A stretch of DNA of 64,000 nt from an uncultured Planctomycetota bacterium (GTDB taxonomy: Bacteria; Planctomycetota; Planctomycetia; Isosphaerales; Isosphaeraceae): positions 416,001 through 480,000 of the forward strand of contig CAWJTV010000011.1 of assembly GCA_963845755.1 (NCBI GenBank), read 5' to 3'. The notes below the pieces were generated by a model. It was not told the DNA's origin, did not search any database, and saw only the letters and a program-made list of their open reading frames with translations. Numbering within the stretch: the first letter of the stretch is position 1; the number at the start of each line of letters is the position of its first letter. The translations under genes and the position numbers were made by a program. Below, in pieces: positions 11,393 through 21,901 of the stretch.

Positions 11393-12534
11393 GCACGGCC
11401 TCCCATGAGGCCCTGACTCCAGACTTCATCGAGCGTGTAGTCCTTGAGCCATTCCTTGAGATCGAGGTGGTCGCCCCAGTTGGCGCGAACCGTGCCGTCC
11501 TCATCCAGATCCATGACGATGACTTCACTGGGATCGAGAGACCGGACGAGGCGGTCGGCGTGCGTGGCGACGATTAATTGTGTCCGTGCCGAAGCCTCGC
11601 GCATCAACTCGGCCAGAATACTCAGAAGCTCGGGATGGAGGCTCACCTCCGGTTCATCCAGCATTGTGACCGGGGTCAATCCGGGACTCTGCAGGAGGGT
11701 GGCCAGCCAGAGGAAGCGCAACGTGCCTTCGGACAACTGATGCACGTAGAAAGGGGGAGTGAAATTGTTGTCTCTCCAGGCCATCCCGAGCATCCCCGCA
11801 GCGACCGGCGGGAATTCCAGTCGAACGAACCCCGGAAAGGCGACCCTCAGTGTATCCTCGATTGCCTCGAATCGATCGCGGGCCGTCTCCCTCAGATAGA
11901 ACAAGCACGAAATAAGGTCTTCGCCATCCTTCCCCGGCAGGTCAGCCGGACGCAACATCTGTGGCATCCTCACCGGCGCGAGGGGCTTGACGTCGAGTGC
12001 ATGGTAATAAGTCAAAGTAGCCAATCGGCTGCAAAACTCTGCCGGTTCTGTGAACAGACTCGGGACTTGAGATAGCGCCGTCTCAAGCGGCTTGTAGTCC
12101 CAGGTCGGGCTCACCAATTCATCCTGCTGATTGGTGTAACTGATGTGTCCAGGACGTGCGTCAATGTGCTGGTGACGCACGGGACCGTAATACTGGTACA
12201 GACTTTCCTCCGTGATCTGATAGCCGAAACCGCTGGGAGCGATTGTCAGTCCGTAGGTGAGCGGATTTACATGAGGTTGTGTTACAGTCATCATCAGCTC
12301 GAATGACAACTGTTTCGCCTTGTCAAGCGACAAGACAGATGTGAACCCCCCGAGCTCACTGAGTCGAGCGCCGAGCCGTCCGGACGCCGATGCTGCCAGT
12401 AACGAGAAGACATCCAGCAACGACGTCTTCCCGCTCCCATTAGCACCGATGAGGACATTCAACGGCCGCAATTCAAGGTCGAGGTCTAACAGACGACGGA
12501 ATCCCCGCACGTGAATCCGCTCGAACCGAGTCAT
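11389..12534 (-). CDS. AAA/ABC-type ATPase (AAA_21, COG4637-like)
   Basis: Walker A GANGSGKT, signature LSEGT, Walker B MLDEPE, H-loop ATH. Confidence 0.9.
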   Translation of the reverse strand: MTRFERIHVRGFRRLLDLDLELRPLNVLIGANGSGKTSLLDVFSLLAASASGRLGARLSELGGFTSVLSLDKAKQLSFELMMTVTQPHVNPLTYGLTIAPSGFGYQITEESLYQYYGPVRHQHIDARPGHISYTNQQDELVSPTWDYKPLETALSQVPSLFTEPAEFCSRLATLTYYHALDVKPLAPVRMPQMLRPADLPGKDGEDLISCLFYLRETARDRFEAIEDTLRVAFPGFVRLEFPPVAAGMLGMAWRDNNFTPPFYVHQLSEGTLRFLWLATLLQSPGLTPVTMLDEPEVSLHPELLSILAELMREASARTQLIVATHADRLVRSLDPSEVIVMDLDEDGTVRANWGDHLDLKEWLKDYTLDEVWSQGLMGGRA

Positions 12535-12753
12535 GAGGGACACATCCTCTCCGAACGAGCGACCGAAACGAAAACCTTGGCTCGATCGATCTTCCTTCAT
12601 CGCGCACACGAACCTGGGTGCTTTTTCCATTCTAATCCTCGCCGTCTTCCGGCGGAAGCGGTCGCGGCTTCGCCCGGCACGCCGGGCGGGGCCGGCAGCC
12701 TATGCGACGGCCGGATTCCGCAGTGGTCGGAAGGCCCGCGCCGAAGCAGCGAA

Positions 12754-14163
12754 CTACTTCTTGCGATGGTCATCCTTCTTGTGGGAATCCTTTTGGGATG
12801 TGTCACGTCCATGGGACGAATTCGGATCGGATGGGCGGGATGGGCCGGAGGCGTTCCCTTTCGAAGCCGGCTGGCCTCCGCGGGAGTCGCCGAGCCGGGC
12901 TTGATCCTTGCCAGAGGACCGGGTCGAACGATGCTCTCCAGAACGAAAACCGATTCGCCCCGCAGCGGGCCGCCGGGCCTGGTGCGAGGGGCGTGGACGG
13001 AGCCTCGGGTCGGTCAGATCATCCGGCTCCAGGGACGCCGCCACGATGGCCGACCGATCCCCCGATTCGCGAAGCGCCGCCAGAACCGACTCAGCCCACG
13101 CATGACCGACAATCGCTTGCCCTCGTTTGTTGAAATGTGTGTCGTCTTCTTGTCGGTCTCGCGGCGGGACCAGCATATTCGTGTTGGGTCCGGGAAACGC
13201 CAGAGGGTTCCGTTGAATCGCCAGGGTTTGCCCCTCCAGCACGCGGTCGATTTGCGCAGGCGGATCGTAGATCGTTGTCGCATGAGCAATAAGCCACCAC
13301 GACGCGGGATTGCTGGGGCTCCCGAGCGATCGCATCGTCCGAATGATCGTCGTCAGCTCGTCGCAGTAATCATCAGCCGAGGTGTCGTGGTGGCTGTCCG
13401 ACTCACCCTGGTCCCAGAGGACCGCCCGGAATCCACCCCATGGCCCGAAGGTTTGCACCTGCTGACCGATCCGATCGAACAGCGGCTCCGTGAAGCGAGG
13501 CAGGAACGGCTTCGCGCCCGGAAGCCAGTCGCGAACCTGCGTGCGCGCCACTCCAACGCTGATCAGTCCAATCGGCAAGGGGCTTTGATCGGCGCGTCCC
13601 AGCTCCATCGTCAATTGGTTCCCCATCACAGCCCACGTCGAGCCGCCATTGCCGTCGGCGATCGGTTGCGGATCGTTGGCGACCACCCATCCCGTCCCGG
13701 TCCAGGCCGAGACGGTGTCCAGCGCGGTGAAGTGAAACGCCCCGCTATTGGCCGAGTTCGACTGTCCCGCAGTCAAGAAGACTTCGCCGATCCCTACGCG
13801 ATTCACCGTGACGATTTCCACCATGTCACCGCGAATGGCCCTCACTTGAACGGAGTACCAGCCTCCCTGCGGGAGCGCCTCGACCGCCTGGAATTGATCG
13901 GTAGCGAACGCGATCGGCTGCCAGGGCAGGACAACGGTACTCGATCGAATGACCTGGACATCCACGCGATCCGCGCCGCCGGGGACCGTCCCCTGGATCA
14001 CGATCGAACCGGAATCTCCCCTCCGCTGGAACACCTGACGCTCCAGCGGAACCGAGAGCTGGATCTCCGGATCACCCGCAGTCTCAACTCCCCATGCCGC
14101 CGTTCCCAGCGAGACCAGGGTGGAAAAAACCAGAACCGTTACCCGAGGCAGATCCCCGGCCAT
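12754..14163 (-). CDS. Sialate O-acetylesterase / SASA (SGNH) family esterase
   Basis: GEVFLTAGQSNS, WDQGESD and DxxH (DDTH) motifs; signal peptide. Confidence 0.8.
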   Translation of the reverse strand: MAGDLPRVTVLVFSTLVSLGTAAWGVETAGDPEIQLSVPLERQVFQRRGDSGSIVIQGTVPGGADRVDVQVIRSSTVVLPWQPIAFATDQFQAVEALPQGGWYSVQVRAIRGDMVEIVTVNRVGIGEVFLTAGQSNSANSGAFHFTALDTVSAWTGTGWVVANDPQPIADGNGGSTWAVMGNQLTMELGRADQSPLPIGLISVGVARTQVRDWLPGAKPFLPRFTEPLFDRIGQQVQTFGPWGGFRAVLWDQGESDSHHDTSADDYCDELTTIIRTMRSLGSPSNPASWWLIAHATTIYDPPAQIDRVLEGQTLAIQRNPLAFPGPNTNMLVPPRDRQEDDTHFNKRGQAIVGHAWAESVLAALRESGDRSAIVAASLEPDDLTDPRLRPRPSHQARRPAAGRIGFRSGEHRSTRSSGKDQARLGDSRGGQPASKGNASGPSRPSDPNSSHGRDTSQKDSHKKDDHRKK

Positions 14164-14498
14164 CGCGAGCTCCCCATGAATTCCAGGCCGAACCATCACG
14201 GTGTCTGCTCAGAATCGCGCGACTCTGAACTGCGACGACCAGACCGCTTCCCGCGCGCGAAAACGATCCCAATATCGCACATCTTCGTGCGCGGGTTCGG
14301 CTCGGTGCGATGGCCAGCCGGGATGTCTCCGGACGGTCCGAAACCGCCTCGATCAACACGACCAGCAAGATTACCCAAACCTCCCAGATTGAACAAGAGG
14401 GTTTTCGATCCACCGGGAGCGTTCGATGCCTCGGAGGAAATCATCGTGTTCCCGAATCCGCAATTTCGAATCCGGAATCCAACGACGAGTCCGCCGGA

Positions 14499-15478
14499 TC
14501 ACCGCGTCCGAGACCGGCGTGAGGACCGCGCGGGTTCGTCATCGCCGACGGCGGCGGCGACCCGATCGACATCGTCCTGGGTGGGATGTCCGCGGCGCGC
14601 GATCGAGGGCCGAACGACGCTCCAGTTCCGGCCGTCGCTCTCGAGCGTGATCGTGCCGAGCTGGTCGGTGCGGAGCAGAGGAATGCGGCTATGCCGCAGA
14701 AGGCTGAGGGTCTCGGCATGAGGGTGGCCGAATTCGTTGTCCCGGCCCATGCTGGCCACGGCCAGCTCGGGCCGTACCGCCGCCAGCCAGCGGGCATCGG
14801 TCCCGTTGCGGCTGCCGTGGTGGGCCAGCTTGAGGATCGTGCAGTCCCGCACGAGGTCCGGGCAGTTCGCGAACCACCAATGCCGCTCGGGACCTTCGCT
14901 GTCCCCCGGCAGGAGCATCGAGAACGATCCATACGTCAACCGGATGCCGATCGAGTTATTATTCTCCTCCTTGTGATCCTCGGGGGCCTGGGGAAGGATC
15001 GTCAGCCCCACGGAGCCCAGTTCGATCTTTCGCGGTCGCGACGACGGCTGGATCGCCGTGATTCCCTGGGCTTCGACCGTCTGGAGCAGTTTGAGGTAGC
15101 TCCGGGTCGAGTGTCCGGAGTGCGACGCCAGGAAATAGCGGGGTTTCAGCGCGCGGACAACCTCCGCCATCCCCCCATAGTGGTCGCTGTGATGATGACT
15201 GATCGCTACCAGGTCGAGCCGCGTGATCCCCTTGCTCCGGAGCACGTTCAAGGCGCCTTCCTTGGTCGGCCCGGCATCGATCAGGGCCGCCTTGCCCTCG
15301 GGCGAGCGGATCAAGATCGAGTCGCCCTGGCCGATGTCGAGCACCTCGACGACGACGGGCTTTCCGCCGCCGCTGGACCACGGCCAGGACCATTGCGCCG
15401 GGCCGCCGGAGGCATCGCCGTGAAGGCCAGGCTCGCCAGGAACAATGCGAAGAGGCGGATGATCCGATGAATGTTCAC
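14499..15478 (-). CDS. Secreted ComEC/Rec2-like MBL-fold hydrolase; frameshift near 15398
   Basis: DIGQGDS, SHHHSDHYGG, NNNSI, LKLAHHGS, GHPH and RTD motifs; signal peptide from GTG 15478. Confidence 0.85.
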
Positions 15479-15726
15479 AGTTGCAAATCTCCTCCGGGAT
15501 CGCGATGGGAGAGCTTGCCCTGGACCCGCCGGGTCTCCTCGGCGAGGTTGCGGGTTGCCTCGACGTTAACCTCGAGGGAGAGGGTGAGCACGTCGCCGGG
15601 CTTTACGCCCGGTGGCAGCAGCGACCTGGGCACGTTGATGGCGTCGCCGTCGTCGGTCAGGAGGACGGCGATCGATTGGCCCTTGCCTTCAAAACGGTCT
15701 ACAGAGAGCGACGTTCGGACGGACAC
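15475..15726 (-). CDS. DUF3006 family protein
   Basis: VDRFEG..IAVL...P..LLP.G.KPGDVL pattern; RBS AAGGAG before GTG 15726. Confidence 0.8.
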   Translation of the reverse strand: MSVRTSLSVDRFEGKGQSIAVLLTDDGDAINVPRSLLPPGVKPGDVLTLSLEVNVEATRNLAEETRRVQGKLSHRDPGGDLQL

Positions 15727-15841
15727 GTCTCTTGCTCCTTCAGCCCCCAAGGGCTTGCAGGAAATACGATGCATCAGTGCACTACAAGCAAGAAAAGGAC
15801 TTGCCAAGTGGGAAAAATGCGATCGTTTCTTAAAATTGAAA

Positions 15842-16615
15842 TTATTTAATGATGATTGGACGATCGTCGGCCTGAGATTGGGCCTGGGTTGCGGGCTGTG
15901 CCGGGGATCGGTCGCCGACTCGATCCGACGCCCGGAGGTCGCCGACGCGCTGGCTCTGGAGGACGATGTTGAGGTTCCGGGGGTCGACGCGGGGATCCGG
16001 CTTCTGGGCCTCGGCTTCGAGTGGGAAGGTGCCCGGCTTGAGGGGGAATTCGAGCGGTTCGGGATCAGCAGGGGCGAGGAAGAAGCGTTTGGGCTGGGCG
16101 AAGAGGCCGGCGCGGCGATCGTAGACCTCGACGGTGAGCCGATCGCCGGGACTCCACTCCACCTGGAACGGCCGGTGGTCCCATTCCGCGATCAATTCGT
16201 CCTTGCCGGCGACGGCCAGCCGTTCGCCGAACGACCCGGTCTCCCACAGAGTCGTGATCCGGCCCTGACCGTCGCGCCTCAGCACCTTGGCCTGGATGTC
16301 GAGCGTATGCCCCGCCTTGAACAGGTTCGGATCGAGATGCACCTGTCGGATCGTGACCTGGTACGTCCCGGGCCCTCGAAAGGAATCCGCCGGCTTGAGC
16401 AAGTCGACGACGACGTCCGTCAACGAACCATCGCGATCCGAGCCGGGACGGTTCACCGGCGGGTTCCCCGTGACCAGGGTCCACACGGCCTGGACCATCG
16501 GATGGTCCTTGAACACCCAGCCGCCGACGCCTGCTCCTCCGCCCGTCAAGACCATGAGGAAGTAAACCAGCCGCCGGAACAGCGACGTCTGCCGTTTCTT
16601 GTGAGCCTTGGTCAT
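15842..16615 (-). CDS. Membrane-anchored hypothetical protein, possibly C2-like beta domain
   Basis: N-terminal TM; W.PGDRLTVEVYD motif. Confidence 0.65.
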   Translation of the reverse strand: MTKAHKKRQTSLFRRLVYFLMVLTGGGAGVGGWVFKDHPMVQAVWTLVTGNPPVNRPGSDRDGSLTDVVVDLLKPADSFRGPGTYQVTIRQVHLDPNLFKAGHTLDIQAKVLRRDGQGRITTLWETGSFGERLAVAGKDELIAEWDHRPFQVEWSPGDRLTVEVYDRRAGLFAQPKRFFLAPADPEPLEFPLKPGTFPLEAEAQKPDPRVDPRNLNIVLQSQRVGDLRASDRVGDRSPAQPATQAQSQADDRPIIIK

Positions 16616-17046
16616 GCGAATCGACCTCCGTGCGATCCCCGCGCCGTGCTCGACTCTTTGAGATTCCCGATTCTCAAAGAGACGGTTTTCTCGAATCCAG
16701 AATCCCAAAATCGAAAATCCAAGAGGACCGGGAATCGGTCGGCGCGAAATGAGGCGATGAGGGGAAGCGTTGACCTTGTAGCAAAGATCGCGAAGCAGTC
16801 AAGGGGATTCTTGCTGGGGAGGCGTGATGCCGCGCGAGGATTCCTCGGATTCCTCTATCCAGAAATTGCAATTCTGGTTCTAATTGTATTTGGTTGGTCT
16901 GACGACCGAGTAGCGCCGCTGGCTCTTCCCGATCCGGTCCCTGCTCTCCTCTCTCGCCGTTCCCACCTCGATGGGCTGCGACGGTAGCCCCTTCTTTCTC
17001 GACCCGGGAAGCCCGATGCGGGTCGTTCTGCCTTCCCAGGAGATCA

Positions 17047-17358
17047 GTGGTGAGCAAGAAATTGTATGTAGGCAACTTGACCTACAACGTCAACGAGTCC
17101 GATCTGGAGGCGCTGTTCACGCCGTTCGGGGCGGTCCAGAGCGCCCAGATCATCGTCGATCGGGACACGAACCGCTCGAAGGGGTTCGGGTTCGTCGAGA
17201 TGGATACCGATGCCCAGGCGCAGGCGGCCATTCAGGGGCTCAACGCCCACGAGCATGATGGCCGGAACTTGACGGTGAGCGAGGCCAAGCCAAGGGAACC
17301 TCGCCGCAGCGGTGGGTATGGCGGCGACGGCCAAGGTCGCGGCGGCAACCGCTACTGA
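17047..17358 (+). CDS. RRM RNA-binding protein with Gly-rich tail
   Basis: RNP2 LYVGNL, RNP1 KGFGFVEM. Confidence 0.95.
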   Translation: MVSKKLYVGNLTYNVNESDLEALFTPFGAVQSAQIIVDRDTNRSKGFGFVEMDTDAQAQAAIQGLNAHEHDGRNLTVSEAKPREPRRSGGYGGDGQGRGGNRY

Positions 17359-17630
17359 TCGATCGATCATCGAGAGCGATGTGCCTCGGCGAGCCCACTA
17401 GGGCGAACTCCGCGTCTTCCTCGACGTGGAATGCCGACTCGGGAATCCCCGTCGTGAAAAACGCCGGGGTCTCCTCTCTCGTCCAAGCGAGCCCGAAGCC
17501 ACCTCGTACGACGGACCCGAACGAGTGGTGCCGAGCATCGGGCACGACTCTGAGGAGTCGTGCTCCTATCCCCCTCCATGACCCAGGAGTCCCGCGTTGA
17601 TGGGTCACCCCTGAGGACTCGAGGCCCTCC

Positions 17631-17903
17631 GTGAACATTTTCCCTGCTGACGAACGACGGATCTCGGAAATCGAGCGAGGTCGGAGTCGCAAAGCGATTG
17701 TTCCGTTGTCCCCCGGCGAAACACTCTCAGCGGGAGACAGCATCCTTTTCGCCCTGGCTCATTCTCCGGAGGGCCAGCAGCCGGTTTACGTTCGGGGAGG
17801 AGATTCGGTTCGGGTCTTGCTGACCGATGTCGCCGATCTCCAAGCAACCGATCCCGTCACCGGCCAGGCCCTCTATCAACTCTCTTGGGTACCGCTCGGG
17901 TAG
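17631..17903 (+). CDS. Small hypothetical protein
   Basis: 90-aa ORF with globular-looking composition and GAGG upstream. Confidence 0.5.
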   Translation: MNIFPADERRISEIERGRSRKAIVPLSPGETLSAGDSILFALAHSPEGQQPVYVRGGDSVRVLLTDVADLQATDPVTGQALYQLSWVPLG

Positions 17904-18095
17904 CGCTGAACGGAGACCCGACCGTCCGTCACCACCGCCAAGCGTGTCGTAATGTCTCGTGGCTCGCAGGAGTGAGCCTCGCCGGTCATCAGTGTTGATG
18001 GACCCTGCATTCCCTCCGGGTCGATGGCCCGCCGGGAATTTCCCCTCGATGCGACTGCTGAGTCAGTCGTTCGCTCACTCACCGGACGGCCCTCG

Positions 18096-18272
18096 ATGAA
18101 CATCAGGAAACACGACCACCCCCCGCTCTCTCCCCTCTCGACCAGGGTACGCTGCCCGGTCTGCCACGAGGTTGTCTACTCGCGCGCGGGCATCCACCCC
18201 CAGTGCGCCGTCCGTCAGGCGGACCCCCCCAGGCCCAAGGGTAAGGCCGCGAAGGTGATCGAGCCGAGCTGA
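18096..18272 (+). CDS. Small putative zinc-binding protein
   Basis: CPVC-x4-YS-x2-GIHPQC. Confidence 0.65.
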   Translation: MNIRKHDHPPLSPLSTRVRCPVCHEVVYSRAGIHPQCAVRQADPPRPKGKAAKVIEPS

Positions 18273-18543
18273 CGAGTCGGCACCGAACCCGTCACGGGGC
18301 TCCGATGTGAGGATCGCAACTCTCCAATTCCTGATCCCAAATCAAGGATCTTTGGAATCTGGAATTTCTTTTGGTTTGCAGCCGAATGCCACGTTAGACT
18401 CCGTCACATAAATAATTTAAAAAACCCGAGATTTCCTGATTCAATTTGTCGGCGATCCGGATAGAATGATGAGTGTGGGATCGTGCACCTGCCCGGTTCA
18501 AGTCTCTTCAGGCGGCACCACCGCGGAATAACCGAGCCTTACC

Positions 18544-18651
18544 ATGCAAAAATTCGTGGACAAGTGGTTCCTGCCCTTCATGCTCGTCGTGGTCGGCAGC
18601 ATCATCGCGTGGACGCTTTGGCACGGATTGATGAGTTCCTCATCCATCTGA
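18544..18651 (+). CDS. Candidate 35-aa single-TM small protein
   Basis: MQKFVDKWFLPFMLVVVGSIIAWTLWHGLMSSSSI*, GC3-rich codons; below the ORF-track cutoff. Confidence 0.5.
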   Translation: MQKFVDKWFLPFMLVVVGSIIAWTLWHGLMSSSSI

Positions 18652-19443
18652 TTGCGGGCCCCGAAGATGCGGTGAGGGCACTGCTGTCGCCTTTTTCGGC
18701 TCCCCCGGAGACGACTGGAGCGCCGGGCGTCAACGACATCATCGCGAGCCTCGTGGCTTGGTGACGATCGGGTATACGGTCCCTACGCCTATCCGGGGAT
18801 TTCGTCCTGAACCCTGGGTCGTTGGTTGGGATCCTTGTCGGGGCCGCCCCTGTGCGGCGATTCACGAATCGACCGAGTCATCGACAACATCTTCTCGATG
18901 CCACGCCAAGAAAGCCCAATCGGAGACTTCTCGGCGATCACCATTACCTTCTGAGCGCCACGGGTAGGACTCGGCGCGTTCCGGAATGGTCGGGCCGGGG
19001 CTGCACGAGTTGACCGCGCGAGATTCTCTCGAATCGTGGCAGGGAGTCGCGCGGAGTGTCGCGATGGCCTCGCGCTCCGAGGACAACTCCGCTGCTGGTC
19101 GGGGTGATGATCATCGCCCCCACCGTGGAGAACTTGCGAGACGACAGCGCATGTTGAGTTCCCTTTCTAGCAGCGCATCGTCGAGCTTCAGTCGCTGCGG
19201 ACCAACAGCTTCTCGTTGGCTTTCCTGGCGGAGTATCCCCCAATCCTGAAACCCGCTCGCTCTCCCCGTTGATGCGTGCCCCTCGCCGACACTCATCGAA
19301 ACGGCAACTGGCAGTTGCCACTGGGCTTTAGCGCGGCGATGCGGTGTCGTTAGAATCACAGTCAAGAGTCGGAGAGTGACCGATCACTGGACAACGCTCC
19401 AGTCTTGCTCGACCCAACGCGCCGCCGACAGGAACTTTCGATC

Positions 19444-20457
19444 ATGCTCGTTGTGATGCAGAGCCACTCGACCCCGGCCCAGATCGACCGCGTCCTCGAG
19501 ACGATCCGACTGATGGGCCTGACGCCGCATCCGATGCCCGGCCCCACGCGGACGGCGATCGGGATCACGGGCAACACGAGCTCGGTCGATCCGAGGGCGC
19601 TCGAAGTGATGCCGGGGGTGCTCGAGCTGATCCGGGTGACGAAGCCATACAAGCTCGCCAGCCGCGAGATGCACGAGCACGACACGGTGATCCGACTGCC
19701 GCAAGGCACCTTCGGCGATCGCCGGTTCACGATCATCGCCGGGCCGTGCTCGGTCGAGGACGAGGCGATGATCCTTCGCACCGCCGACTGGCTCCTGGCG
19801 CACGGCGTGCGATTCCTCCGCGCCGGCGCATTCAAGCCCCGGACCAGTCCTTATGCCTTCCCGGGCCTCGGACTGGAGGGTCTGGAGATCCTCCACCGCG
19901 TAGGCGAGAAGACCGGCATCGGCATCGTCACCGAGTTGATGGACACCGAGAACCTCGACGCCGTCGAAGCGACGGCCGACGTGATCCAGATCGGTGCGCG
20001 AAACATGCAGAACTTCAGCCTGCTCCGCCGCGTCGCCCGGGCACGACGGCCGGTGTTGCTCAAGCGCGGGATGTCGGCCACGCTGGAGGAATGGTTGATG
20101 TCGGCCGAGTACCTGCTCTCCGGCGGCAATCCCGACGTGATCCTCTGCGAGCGGGGTGTCCGGACCTTCTCCGATCACAGTCGCAACACGCTCGACTTAT
20201 CCGTCATCCCGCCGGCCAAGATGCTGTCGCACCTGCCCATCCTGGTCGATCCCAGCCATGGCACCGGGAAGCGCGACTACGTGCCGCCGATGGCCCTGGC
20301 CGCGCTGGCCGCCGGCGCCGATGGTCTCCTGATCGAGATCCATCCGGATCCGGACCACGCCCTGTCCGACGGCGCGCAGTCGCTCGACTTCGACCGGTTC
20401 GAACGGCTCCTCGATCAGCTCCGGTCCCTGGCCGGACCGCTGGGGTGGAGCGTTTGA
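19444..20457 (+). CDS. aroF: 3-deoxy-7-phosphoheptulonate (DAHP) synthase, class I-beta with N-terminal regulatory domain
   Basis: [27 protein letters not shown] and DPSHGTG motifs. Confidence 0.95.
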   Translation: MLVVMQSHSTPAQIDRVLETIRLMGLTPHPMPGPTRTAIGITGNTSSVDPRALEVMPGVLELIRVTKPYKLASREMHEHDTVIRLPQGTFGDRRFTIIAGPCSVEDEAMILRTADWLLAHGVRFLRAGAFKPRTSPYAFPGLGLEGLEILHRVGEKTGIGIVTELMDTENLDAVEATADVIQIGARNMQNFSLLRRVARARRPVLLKRGMSATLEEWLMSAEYLLSGGNPDVILCERGVRTFSDHSRNTLDLSVIPPAKMLSHLPILVDPSHGTGKRDYVPPMALAALAAGADGLLIEIHPDPDHALSDGAQSLDFDRFERLLDQLRSLAGPLGWSV

Positions 20458-20657
20458 TCGGACGCACGTCCCCCGAAGGCGCGAAGCCCGGGAGCCGGCA
20501 CGGTCTCGGATACGGCAACCAACCTCTCGCACCGCTCACGAGGGAGCAGGGGTGCGACGAGAATCACGAGAGACTCGATCCCACCGGTATGCCGTTAGCA
20601 TATGAGATCCGTGTGAGGCCGGGATGATCTACAGCGATCGAACTCAGGAGACATGCC

Positions 20658-20894
20658 ATGTCCAATCCTGCAATACCGGGGGTGTCCCGAGACCCCCAAT
20701 TGACCGGCGGCACCGGCCAGCCCGGACCGCCTCCGAGCGGTCCCGATCCCGACGAGCCGAACCCGTTCGGCCCCGATGCCCCGAACGTCCGGGAGGACGA
20801 CCCGCCGGGTGGCCAGGTTGCCCCCGAGGCCGAGCCGCCGAAACCTCCGGCTACACCCCTGGATTATGGCGATTTCGCGCCGGACGAGGGGTGA
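20658..20894 (+). CDS. Small Pro/Asp-rich hypothetical protein
   Basis: RBS AGGAGA then ATG; ORF track. Confidence 0.55.
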   Translation: MSNPAIPGVSRDPQLTGGTGQPGPPPSGPDPDEPNPFGPDAPNVREDDPPGGQVAPEAEPPKPPATPLDYGDFAPDEG

Positions 20895-20954
20895 GCAAGA
20901 GATCCTGCGCGGCGGGAACGATCCCATGACTCGAACGCGATTCGAAGAGACGTC

Positions 20955-21505
20955 ATGAGCAAAGTGATTCTCGAGCCGAGACCAATCGATCGGGAGTCTT
21001 ACCGGCATGAGGCGATGGCCCGCAACCTGGAACGGCTCGCCTGGCTAATGGACCGAGCCTTTCACATCCCCGGCACACGCATCACCGTCGGGCTCGATGC
21101 CCTGGTCGGCTTGTTGCCGATCGGTGGCGACGTGCTCACCGGCCTCGTCCAGGCGGTACTGGTACTGATCGCCCTCCGCCACTACAAGCTGCCCAAGAGC
21201 GTAGCCGCTCGGATGGCCGCCAACGTCCTCATCGATGTCGCCGTCGGCGCAATCCCTCTCCTCGGCGACCTCTTCGATATTGGATTCAAGGCGAATACCC
21301 GGAATATCCAGCTCCTCGAACCCTACCGGCACCGGGATCCGCGAGAGGTGCACGAGCCTGGCATGGCGGACCAGCCGCGAGCGATCACAGACCGTTTCGG
21401 ACTCCCTGGCGCTATATCCTGCCAATCGGCGGCATCCTCCTCATCGCGCTGGTGCTGGTGCTCATCGGGTTCATCACGGTCGTCCGCTGGTTGTTCCACT
21501 TCTGA
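20955..21505 (+). CDS. DUF4112 domain membrane protein; C-terminal frameshift near 21400
   Basis: LMDRAF.IPGT...GLDALVGLLP.GGD...GDLFD..FKAN.RN. Confidence 0.85.
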
Positions 21506-21523
21506 CCCAATGATCCGATTATT

Positions 21524-21901
21524 CTATTTCTGTTTCTTGACCCAATCGACATGCTTCCGGACGCCTTCGTGGGACATGAGGAGCTCCCGGTTGTAGTAGT
21601 TCCAGCCGAGTTCCTTCTCGTCCGGGATGAGGTCGTGGATTCCGTGATGGCACGCCCGGCAGAGCCAGAGGCCGCGGCTTCGCATCTCGGCGATGGGGAA
21701 TCGATTGCGGAACCGCTTCTTGCGATGGCAGTGGCGGGGAATCAGGTGGTGGAACGTCAGGAGCTTCCCCGGTCGTTCGCAAAGCTCACAAGGGCCGGTC
21801 TTCCGCTCCTGGCGGGTCGGAGTCTCTTCGGTCTCGTCGGACTCTCGGTCAGGACTCATCGCGCGGACGACTCCGAGACATGATGAACCCGACCGGCTCA
21901 A
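21524..21901 (-). CDS. HNH-like zinc-binding protein (YisB-like)
   Basis: CELCER..TFHHLIPR...LCRACHHGIH. Confidence 0.75.
   Translation of the reverse strand: MSRSGSSCLGVVRAMSPDRESDETEETPTRQERKTGPCELCERPGKLLTFHHLIPRHCHRKKRFRNRFPIAEMRSRGLWLCRACHHGIHDLIPDEKELGWNYYNRELLMSHEGVRKHVDWVKKQK

Noticed and set aside
12511..14721. 736-aa plus-strand ORF
   Set aside because: Antisense shadow of the SASA esterase; Arg-rich, non-protein-like composition.
18760..19400. Several short overlapping ORFs upstream of aroF
   Set aside because: No motif or codon-bias support for any frame.
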